Positions 56,778-64,000 of a stretch of DNA of 64,000 nucleotides are shown here, one piece after another. The DNA comes from an uncultured Armatimonadetes bacterium (GTDB lineage: Bacteria > Armatimonadota > Hebobacteria > Hebobacterales > Hebobacteraceae): positions 1,632,001 through 1,696,000 of the forward strand of contig OY970296.1 of the NCBI GenBank assembly GCA_963716175.1, read 5' to 3'. Under the pieces are notes generated by a model that did no database searches, had not been told where the DNA came from, and saw nothing but the letters and a program-made list of their open reading frames with translations. Every line of letters starts with the position of its first letter. Position 1 is the first letter of the stretch. A program made the position numbers and the translations under genes.

Positions 56778-57869
56778 ATGGCGGTGCCGCGGGGCCAGCG
56801 GATCCTGATGCGGGGCAATGAGGCGATCGCGCAAGGCGCGATAGATGGCGGGTGTCGCGCCTTCTTCGGTTACCCCATCACCCCGCAGAACCAGATCCCG
56901 GACTACTTCGCACTCCACATGCCAGCGGCGGGGGGCGTGTTTCTGCAGGCCGAGAGCGAAGTGGCCGCGATCAACATGGTGTACGGGGCGGCCGCAGCCG
57001 GGGTGCGGGCGATGACCGCCTCCTCCAGCCCCGGCATCAGCTTGAAGCAAGAGGGCATCTCCTATCTCGCCGAGGCAGAGCTTCCGTGTGTGATCGTGAA
57101 CATCATGCGGGGCGGGTCGGGGCTGGGCAATATCGCGCCCTCCCAGTCCGATTACTTCCAGGCGGTGAAGGGCGGCGGGCACGGCGACTACCGCACCCTG
57201 GTGTTCGCGGCCTGGTCGGTGCAGGAGCTGTACGACCTGACGCGAGAGGCCTTCGAGGTCGCCGACCGCTACCGCAGCCCGGTGCTGGTGCTGGGCGACG
57301 CGGTGCTGGGCCAGATGATGGAGCCGGTGGTGCTGCCGGAGCGAGTGGTGGACCCGGCGGCCTTGCCTCGCAAGCCGTGGGCGACAGATGGCGCCAAGGG
57401 CCGGCGGCGCAACATCATCAACTCCCTCTACATCAACCCGCCTGACCTGGAGCAGGTCAACTTGCGCCTGCAGGCCCGCTACGAGGCGGCGGCGCGGGAG
57501 GTGTGCTGGGAGGGTGAGCATCTGGAGGGGGCCGAGCTGGCGATCGTGGCCTACGGTACGGCAGCCAGGGTGGCCACGACCGCCATCGCGCAGGCGCGAG
57601 CGGCCGGCATTCGGGTGGGTCTGTTTCGGCCTATCAGCCTGTTCCCTTTCCCCAGCCGACAAATTGCGGAGCTGGCGACGCGGGTGAAACAGATGCTGGT
57701 GGTGGAGCTGAGCCTGGGGCAGATGGTGGAGGATGTGCGGCTGGCGGTGGAGGGGCGCTGCCCGGTGCAGCTCTACGGGCGCACTGGTGGGGTGGTGGCG
57801 ACTCCGGCGGAAGTGTTGGCCGAGGTGGAGCGCGTGGCGGAAGAGGCCGGCTGTGGACGTGTCTGCTGA
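56778..57869 (+). CDS. vorB: 2-oxoacid:ferredoxin oxidoreductase alpha subunit (VorB type)
   Basis: [41 protein letters not shown]. Confidence 0.88.
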   Translation: MAVPRGQRILMRGNEAIAQGAIDGGCRAFFGYPITPQNQIPDYFALHMPAAGGVFLQAESEVAAINMVYGAAAAGVRAMTASSSPGISLKQEGISYLAEAELPCVIVNIMRGGSGLGNIAPSQSDYFQAVKGGGHGDYRTLVFAAWSVQELYDLTREAFEVADRYRSPVLVLGDAVLGQMMEPVVLPERVVDPAALPRKPWATDGAKGRRRNIINSLYINPPDLEQVNLRLQARYEAAAREVCWEGEHLEGAELAIVAYGTAARVATTAIAQARAAGIRVGLFRPISLFPFPSRQIAELATRVKQMLVVELSLGQMVEDVRLAVEGRCPVQLYGRTGGVVATPAEVLAEVERVAEEAGCGRVC

Positions 57870-58626
57870 GCAGCGAGTGGTGTTCACGCGGCCGCGGGCG
57901 CTGGAGCCGGTGCGGCTGCACTATTGCCCTGGCTGCACCCACGGCCTGGCCCATCGTCTGGTGGCAGAGGCGCTGGACGAGTTCGACTTGCTGGAGCGGG
58001 CGGTGGGGATCGCGCCGGTGGGGTGTGCGGTGTTCGCCTACGACTATTTCGCCTGCGACATGGTGGAGGCAGCGCACGGGCGCGCCCCGGCGGTGGCCAC
58101 CGGGATAAAGCGAGTGCGCCCCGACTTGTTCGTGTTCACCTACCAGGGGGATGGAGATCTCGCCTCCATTGGCATGAGCGAGACTATCCATGCCGCGGCC
58201 AGAGGCGAGAACATCACCATCATCTTCATCAACAACGCGGTCTACGGTATGACTGGGGGCCAGATGGCGCCCACTACGCTGCCCGGCCAGAGGACGAGCA
58301 CCACTCCACACGGGCGCGATCCCAGGGTGGCCGGCAACCCGATCCGGGTGTGCGAGCTGCTCAGCGCGCTGGAGGGGCCGGCCTACCTGGCGCGGGTGGC
58401 GGTGACCAGCCCGCGCCGGATGCGGGAGGCGAAGCGGGCGGTGCGAAAGGCGTTTCAGGCGCAGCTTCAGGGCCTGGGGTTCGCGCTGGTGGAAGTGCTC
58501 TCCACCTGCCCAACGCGGTGGGGACTGCCTCCAGATAAGGCGATCGCCTGGCTGGAGGAGAACATGGTGCCGTATTACCCCCTGCGGGAATTCGTGGTGG
58601 CCGAGCCCTTGCGAGACGAGGCATGA
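57853..58626 (+). CDS. 2-oxoacid:ferredoxin oxidoreductase beta (TPP-binding) subunit
   Basis: [35 protein letters not shown]. Confidence 0.9.
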   Translation: MDVSAEQRVVFTRPRALEPVRLHYCPGCTHGLAHRLVAEALDEFDLLERAVGIAPVGCAVFAYDYFACDMVEAAHGRAPAVATGIKRVRPDLFVFTYQGDGDLASIGMSETIHAAARGENITIIFINNAVYGMTGGQMAPTTLPGQRTSTTPHGRDPRVAGNPIRVCELLSALEGPAYLARVAVTSPRRMREAKRAVRKAFQAQLQGLGFALVEVLSTCPTRWGLPPDKAIAWLEENMVPYYPLREFVVAEPLRDEA

Positions 58627-59189
58627 GCAATCGCGGCCCGCATCACGAGGTGCTGATCGCGGGATTCGGAGGGCAGGGAGTGGTGCTGGCGGGCCGGCTG
58701 CTGGCCACCGCGGCCTTGAATGAAGAGCGCGAGGTGGTGTGGGCGCCGTCTTACGGGCCGGAGATGCGGGGCGGCCCGGTCCACTGCACGGTGATCGTGT
58801 CGTCCGAACGCATCGGATCACCCGAGGTCTCGCTCGCGGACTGCCTGGTGATCATGGATCGCGCTTCCCTGGAGCGGTTCTCCCAACGCGTGAAGCCCGG
58901 CGGGCTGCTGGTGCTGAACAGCTCCCTGATCTCTGAGAGGCCGCAGGAGAACGAGTGCGGGGTGCTGATGATCCCGGCGAACGGGGTGGCCGAGGAGCTG
59001 GGGAATCTGCGGGTGGCGAATGTGGTGATGCTGGGGGCCCTGTTGAGCCAGCGCCCGGTGGTGGCGCCGGCCAGCCTGGAGGAAGCGATACGGTCTGTGG
59101 GCGCGGAGGCGAAGACAGGGGACGAGTTGATCGAGTTGAACTTGAGGGCGCTGGCGAGGGGGAGGGAGCTGGGGCGGGAAGTGGCCTGA
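58623..59189 (+). CDS. 2-oxoacid:acceptor oxidoreductase gamma subunit
   Basis: [24 protein letters not shown]. Confidence 0.9.
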   Translation: MSNRGPHHEVLIAGFGGQGVVLAGRLLATAALNEEREVVWAPSYGPEMRGGPVHCTVIVSSERIGSPEVSLADCLVIMDRASLERFSQRVKPGGLLVLNSSLISERPQENECGVLMIPANGVAEELGNLRVANVVMLGALLSQRPVVAPASLEEAIRSVGAEAKTGDELIELNLRALARGRELGREVA

Positions 59190-59205
59190 CCGGTGAGGCC
59201 GTTCT

Positions 59206-59354
59206 GTAGGGCGGCCATGCGTCCCAGAGCGAGAGCGAAGGGGCGCATAGCCGGCGAGAGCCTTGGGGTGGTGGCAGGGCCAGCCCCTGCCCGAGGAGCA
59301 ATGCGGCGGCGATGCCTCCTGCTTCTGGAAAGCACTCGGCATGGCCGCCCTACA
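59206..59354. repeat. Inverted REP doublet (REPIN/BIME-like)
   Basis: Outer 16-bp perfect inverted repeat tgtagggcggccatgc / gcatggccgccctaca; each half is itself a REP with an inserted loop. Confidence 0.7.
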
Positions 59355-59378
59355 ACAGGCACAGGTTGGTAGCCTGTG

Positions 59379-59951
59379 CTACTTTTGCTTCTGTCGCTCC
59401 AGTAGCATCTGCGTCTTGAGGATCAACACGCAGGAGGCGGCGTGGGTGATCTCGCCCCTGAGCACCGCGCGCAGGGCATCCTCGAAAGGCATTTTCACCA
59501 GGTCCAGCCGTTCGCCGGCCTCGGGGGCGCGGCGGGTCTGGGAGAGGTTGCGAGCCAGGAAGAGATGGTTCGGGGCGTTGACGATGGTGGTGAAGGGGTT
59601 GACCAGGCCCATGTCAACCCACTCCGAGGCGACGAGACCGGCCTCTTCGCTGAGTTCCCGCAAGCCGGCCATTTCCGGAGTCTCCCCGGATTCGATGGCG
59701 CCGCTGACCGCTTCCAGGGTCTGTTCGCCGAGGGCATACTTGAACTCGCGCACGAGGTAGACCTCGCCGGAGGGCTCCATCGCCAGCACGGTGACACCCG
59801 GCCTCATGGTCACCACGCCGAGAAGCGTCTCCTCGCCCCCCGCGGTGCGGAGGCGGTCTTCCCGCAGCCTGAGCCACGGGTTCTCGTACACGGGGCGAGA
59901 ATGCAGGACGGTGTAAGGCCCGACATAGCGTGCGCCCGGAGGGAAAGTCAT
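59379..59951 (-). CDS. NUDIX hydrolase (ADP-ribose pyrophosphatase-like)
   Basis: VYENPWLRLRED; Nudix box GAIESGETPEMAGLRELSEEAG; start uncertain (59951 or 59999). Confidence 0.85.
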   Translation of the reverse strand: MTFPPGARYVGPYTVLHSRPVYENPWLRLREDRLRTAGGEETLLGVVTMRPGVTVLAMEPSGEVYLVREFKYALGEQTLEAVSGAIESGETPEMAGLRELSEEAGLVASEWVDMGLVNPFTTIVNAPNHLFLARNLSQTRRAPEAGERLDLVKMPFEDALRAVLRGEITHAASCVLILKTQMLLERQKQK

Positions 59952-60066
59952 GGATTGCTGGCTCCACGGAGCGATTGGCCACAGGTCTTCTGTGACCATC
60001 GGAGAAGACCTGCGTGACTCCGGCAGCAGGCTGTCTGGCGGAGAGAGCAGCCCTAGGAGATAGCGC

Positions 60067-60822
60067 ATGAGCACTAACACACGACGAGATTTCCTGCGAA
60101 GGGGAGGCGCCCTGGTGGCCGTGGCAGTGGCTGGCCCCGGTGCCTTGCTGGCGCAAGTGGCGCCGCGGGAGGCGGGGCCGAAGGTGACCGCCCTGGAGGA
60201 TCTGATGCGGGAGCACGGCCTGCTCGCCCGCATCCTGCTGATCTATGAGCGACTGCGGATAGGCTTGGGCAGCCCAGAGCCCTTCCCTGCAGAAACGCTC
60301 ACCGCAGCGGCCGACTTCGTCCGCTCCTTCGTGGAGGACTATCACGAGAAGCTGGAGGAAGACCACGTGTTCCCGCGGTTCGAGAAGGCGGGCCAGCTGA
60401 CAGACCTGGTGGCGGTGCTGCGCGCGCAGCACCAGGCGGGGCGGCACATGACCGACCTGATCAAGGGCCACCCACCGCTGGATCGCCCCTCGGTGCGAAG
60501 GCGGCTGTCCAGCCAGCTCCGCGCCTTCGTCACCATGTACCGCCCTCACAAGGCGCGGGAGGACACGGTGCTGTTCCCGGCCTTTCATGCTCTGATCTCA
60601 CCGAAGGAATACGCGGCCCTGGGGGACGAATTCGAGAACAGAGAGCAGGCCCTGTTCGGGAGGGGCGGGTTCGAGAAGATGGTGCAGATGATCGCCGAGC
60701 TGGAGAAGAAGCTCGGCATCTACGAACTGGCGGAGTTCACCCCCAAGGGTGTGACACGCGGGCAGCCTGGGCGACCGCAAAGAAGGGTCACGCCGCGGCC
60801 GGCTCCAGCCGCTCCAGCTTGA
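60067..60822 (+). CDS. Hemerythrin-domain protein with a twin-arginine signal
   Basis: TRRDFL; LMREH, DYHEKLEEDHVFP, AQHQAGR, PHKAREDTVLFP. Confidence 0.85.
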   Translation: MSTNTRRDFLRRGGALVAVAVAGPGALLAQVAPREAGPKVTALEDLMREHGLLARILLIYERLRIGLGSPEPFPAETLTAAADFVRSFVEDYHEKLEEDHVFPRFEKAGQLTDLVAVLRAQHQAGRHMTDLIKGHPPLDRPSVRRRLSSQLRAFVTMYRPHKAREDTVLFPAFHALISPKEYAALGDEFENREQALFGRGGFEKMVQMIAELEKKLGIYELAEFTPKGVTRGQPGRPQRRVTPRPAPAAPA

Positions 60823-61097
60823 AGATGACCGGACGGAAGCCGTCGCTGCAGCAGGCGACAGTGACTCCAGGCCCGGCTTCCGATGAAATCCCCGCCCCGG
60901 GCGAGGGTGAGCACGTACTTCTGGATATCGCACCAGGCCCAGCTACAGAAGCCCAGGGGCATGTTCGCGCCCTCTGAGATGAATTCCTGGCCCTCACTCA
61001 ACCGCTCGCAAGGCTCCCAGATATGGGTGGCATAGCGGGCGAGCAGGTCCTCGTGGCGGGTGCGCCTGAGGACGGTGATCTTGATCTTGGCATCCAT
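60788..61097 (-). CDS. TIGR04076 family protein (frameshift at about 60873)
   Basis: KITVLR...PCERLSEGQEF...FCSWAW, then ACCSDGFRPVIFKLER in the next frame. Confidence 0.75.
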
Positions 61098-61298
61098 GCT
61101 GCGCCTCCGCCAGGGGGTCCTGGGTCGAGCCCAACTTTCCCCATGACGACGGGCGACACCTGCGGCTGGGGAGTGGCAAGAAGGGTGGGTTTTGCCGCAG
61201 GTGGGCTGTGAGAGGCGTTAGAAGGTTGTAGGGGCGTGTGGTAAGGTCTAGGCGGAAACGTGGGGGCAGAGCAGCCCCAGCAAAGGAGGCGTGCCCAA

Positions 61299-61589
61299 AT
61301 GGACGTGGTGTTCGTCACCAAGAGTGGAATGGTTAAGCGAACCAAGGCGGAGGAGTTCAGAGAGCAAGGACGCGGGGGCGGCGGGATCACTGCGGTGGGG
61401 GTGGGCGACGGCGACCAGGTGGTCGGGGCGGTGGCTCTGAGCGGCCAGAGCGTGATGGTGGTCACTGCCGGCGGCACCGCTATCCGGTTCTCGGCGCAGG
61501 AGCTGCGGGCCATGGGCCGGGGCGCACAGGGAGTGCGGGGCATCCGGCTGAAGGAAGGCGACAAGGTCGTTGCTGTAGTGGCCGTCTAG
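61299..61589 (+). CDS. Stand-alone DNA gyrase A C-terminal beta-pinwheel repeat protein (2 blades, 96 aa)
   Basis: RBS aaaggagg; VFVTKSGMVKRT...QGRGGGG...DQVV and VMVVTAGGTAIRF...MGRGAQGVRGIRLKEGDKVV; own TAG stop. Confidence 0.85.
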   Translation: MDVVFVTKSGMVKRTKAEEFREQGRGGGGITAVGVGDGDQVVGAVALSGQSVMVVTAGGTAIRFSAQELRAMGRGAQGVRGIRLKEGDKVVAVVAV

Positions 61590-61776
61590 CCGGCCTTGGG
61601 AACCGGTGGTCGGGGGTTAGTCCGCCTCGCTACGTCGGAGCGGACGATAAGCGCCGTGGAGTGAGCCAGTTCGCTCCACGGCGCGGTGTTTCTGGGGGGG
61701 ACCGGAATGCGCTTCATCTGCAATCACTGGCAGGGGAACAGGCGATCTGCGGGCGCGATGGGGCAGCGGACCCCAG

Positions 61777-61850
61777 GCGGGCATGGGGAGCCTACTCCGC
61801 CGAAGCAGCCGAGTCTACTCCGGCTACGAAGGCTGGATGCTCGCCCTGCA
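61777..61850. repeat. GTAG-type REP with a nested gccgaagc-family palindrome
   Basis: ggcgggcat...cctactccgccgaagc...gctacgaaggctgg...atgctcgccctgca. Confidence 0.55.
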
Positions 61851-61930
61851 GAGGTCGCGTGGTAGGTGAACTCCCCTCAGGCGCCGTAGTATCTGTGCGG
61901 ACCAGGAGGGCGGTGATGAAGGAAGGCGGG

Positions 61931-63328
61931 ATGAAGGGGCAGTTGGAGCGCCTGCGGGAGGAGGCGCTCCGGCGGCGGGTGGAGTTTGCGGAGGCCAGGT
62001 TCGCCACGGCGCGCTCCAGCAGCCTGCTGCTGCAAGACGGAAGGGCGGACCGGATGGGCACGGGGGAGCGGGCCGGGATGGGGGTGAGGGTGGTGGTGGG
62101 CGGGGCCTGGGGGTTCGCCAGCACCGAGTCCCGCGCCCTCCCGGACTGGCTCGCGTGCCTGGAGCTGGCGATCGAGATGGCGAAGGTCTCCGCGCAGCGG
62201 ATCGCCGAGCCGGTGGTGCTGGCGGAGGCGCCGGCGACGGTGGACGAGGTGAAGGCCAGCTATCAGATTGACCCCACGCAGGTTTCACTCGAGCGCAAGC
62301 TGGCGGCGGTGCGCGGGTACGAGGAAGCGTCTGCTTGCCGGGCCGGGGAGCGGGTGGCGAACGTGATGACCGGCTACAGCGATGCGCGGCAGAGCGAGAT
62401 GGTGTGCAATACCCGCGGCACGCTGGTCTCGATGGAGTCGGTGCGGACGATGGTATGGCATACCATAATCGCCCAGAATGGAGCCATCCGGCAGCGGGGT
62501 CGGGAGCTGCGCGGCCGGCAGAGCGGGTTCGAGCTGATAGAGGAAACTCCCAGCGCGGAGTTCAGCGTGAAGGCGGCCGAGCGCGCGCTGTCGCTGCTGT
62601 CGGCGCCGCCCGCGCCCGCGGGGAAGTTCCCAGCGATCTTCCACCCCTCGATCACCGGCCTGCTGGTGCACGAGGCGATCGGCCACAACACCGAGGCCGA
62701 CCTGGTGCTCGCCGGGCAGTCCATCCTGGAGGGGAAGCTGGGGACGCGGATCGCGGCGGACTGCATCACCATCGTGGATGATGCCACGGTGCCGGGGTCA
62801 TGGGGATCATATGCCTATGACTCGGAGGGGGTGGCTGGGCAGAGGCGGGTGCTGATTGAGAAAGGAGTGCTGAAAGGTCTCCTTCATTCACTGGAGACAG
62901 CCGCGCGAATGGGTGTTGCGCCCAACGGGTCGGCGCGGGCGGATGGATTCATGCATCGGCCCATCGTGCGCATGAGCAACACCATGATCCAGCCAGGGGA
63001 GGCCTCCCTGGAGGAGCTGATGAAGGACATCGAGCTGGGAATCCTGCTGCGGGGAGGGCAGTGGGGATATGTGTGGTGCGAGAAGGGGCAGTACACCTGC
63101 CATGCGGGGGAGGGGGTGATGATCCGCAACGGGCAGCTCGCCGAGCAGGTGAGGGATGTCTCGATCTCAGGGATGACGCTGGAGACGCTGGCGAACGCGC
63201 AGGGGGTGAGCCGGGATTTCGAGCTGGAGATGCCGGGGAATTGCGGGAAGAATGGGCAGAGCATGCCGGTCAATGGCGGCGGGCCCTATGTGAAGGTGAA
63301 GGAGATCGTAGTGGGAGGGCAGGGGTGA
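61931..63328 (+). CDS. tldD: TldD family metalloprotease
   Basis: GMGVRV...WGFAS, GLLVHEAIGH, YDSEG, PIVRMSNT, CGKNGQSMPV. Confidence 0.92.
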   Translation: MKGQLERLREEALRRRVEFAEARFATARSSSLLLQDGRADRMGTGERAGMGVRVVVGGAWGFASTESRALPDWLACLELAIEMAKVSAQRIAEPVVLAEAPATVDEVKASYQIDPTQVSLERKLAAVRGYEEASACRAGERVANVMTGYSDARQSEMVCNTRGTLVSMESVRTMVWHTIIAQNGAIRQRGRELRGRQSGFELIEETPSAEFSVKAAERALSLLSAPPAPAGKFPAIFHPSITGLLVHEAIGHNTEADLVLAGQSILEGKLGTRIAADCITIVDDATVPGSWGSYAYDSEGVAGQRRVLIEKGVLKGLLHSLETAARMGVAPNGSARADGFMHRPIVRMSNTMIQPGEASLEELMKDIELGILLRGGQWGYVWCEKGQYTCHAGEGVMIRNGQLAEQVRDVSISGMTLETLANAQGVSRDFELEMPGNCGKNGQSMPVNGGGPYVKVKEIVVGGQG

Positions 63329-64000
63329 GAGACGAGCTGCTGAGGATCGCGGAGATCGCCTGCGAGGCGGCGATTCGGGCGGGGGCCGAGTTCGCGGATG
63401 CGGCGGCGGAGCGGGGTGAGGCGCGCTCGATCGCGGTGGAGCGCAATGCCATCAAGTCCAGCGACGCCCGCCGCTGGGGGGCGGTCTCGGTGCGTGCTTT
63501 CTCCAGGGGCGGAACGGGCTGGGCGAGCGCTTCCGGGATCTCTGAGGAGACGGCACGAGAGGCGGGGGCGCAGGCGGCCGGCCTCGCCCAGAACGCGGAG
63601 CCGGACCCCGACTTCGTGGACCTGGTGAGCCCGGCGGCCTACCCCGAAGTGGTGGGCCTGTACGACGAAGCGGTGGCGCAGATCGCTGGGGCGCAGTTGG
63701 CGGAATGGCTGACGGGAAATGTAGATGCCGCGCGGGCGGTAGCCGCGGAGGCGGTGGTGAGCGGAGGCGCGTCGGCCCGGTGCCGGGAGTGGGCGCTGGT
63801 GAACAGCCGTGGGGTGCGCGCCGGGCAGCGCGGGACCAGCGCGTCTCTCAGCGTGAGCGTGGTGATCCGGCGGGATGACGATGTGGGGTCATTCTACGAG
63901 TGGGATGCGGCGAGATCCCTGGCCGAGCTGGCGCCAGATGGGCTGGGGGCGAAGGCCGCCGGGGAGGCGCTGAAGTATCTGAAGAGCCGCACCCTGAGGA
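63325..64000 (+). CDS. TldE/PmbA family protein (partial)
   Basis: GTGA overlap with tldD; AIRAGAEFADA...VSVRAF...GWAS...LVNSRGV. Confidence 0.8.
   Translation, partial: MRDELLRIAEIACEAAIRAGAEFADAAAERGEARSIAVERNAIKSSDARRWGAVSVRAFSRGGTGWASASGISEETAREAGAQAAGLAQNAEPDPDFVDLVSPAAYPEVVGLYDEAVAQIAGAQLAEWLTGNVDAARAVAAEAVVSGGASARCREWALVNSRGVRAGQRGTSASLSVSVVIRRDDDVGSFYEWDAARSLAELAPDGLGAKAAGEALKYLKSRTLR

Overview
High-GC bacterial chromosomal segment, probably from a diderm Terrabacteria lineage such as Armatimonadota. This is an inference from four SLH-domain proteins, one of them an OmpM-like SLH/beta-barrel protein. Core content: groES with no groEL nearby; a futalosine menaquinone cluster (ubiD/mqnL, ubiX, UroD-like, ubiA/mqnP, mqnE, mqnA, mqnC, a purine nucleoside phosphorylase, an orphan DNA methyltransferase); tRNA-Ala(CGC) followed by a small GIY-YIG gene; gcvPA-PB-T-H; hydrolases; rpmE-DUF1385-prfA-prmC-tsaC; hicBA; ald; vapBC; proB; a 2-oxoacid:ferredoxin oxidoreductase; tldD/pmbA. 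About seven single-base frameshifts, mostly at short homopolymers, suggest long-read indel errors. The signals most worth checking are: (i) a free-standing two-blade GyrA-CTD beta-pinwheel protein with a GyrA-box-like motif; (ii) a 21-aa Lys-rich micro-ORF absent from the ORF track; (iii) three 104-bp CTA...TAG twin-hairpin elements with compensatory substitutions, plus two more elements of similar architecture; (iv) a tRNA-leader-GIY-YIG module with alternative stems overlapping the tRNA CCA end; (v) GTAG-type REPs whose loops carry other palindrome families; (vi) a collagen-like G-X-Y stalk in the OmpM-like protein. All functional interpretations were made by eye, without database searches.
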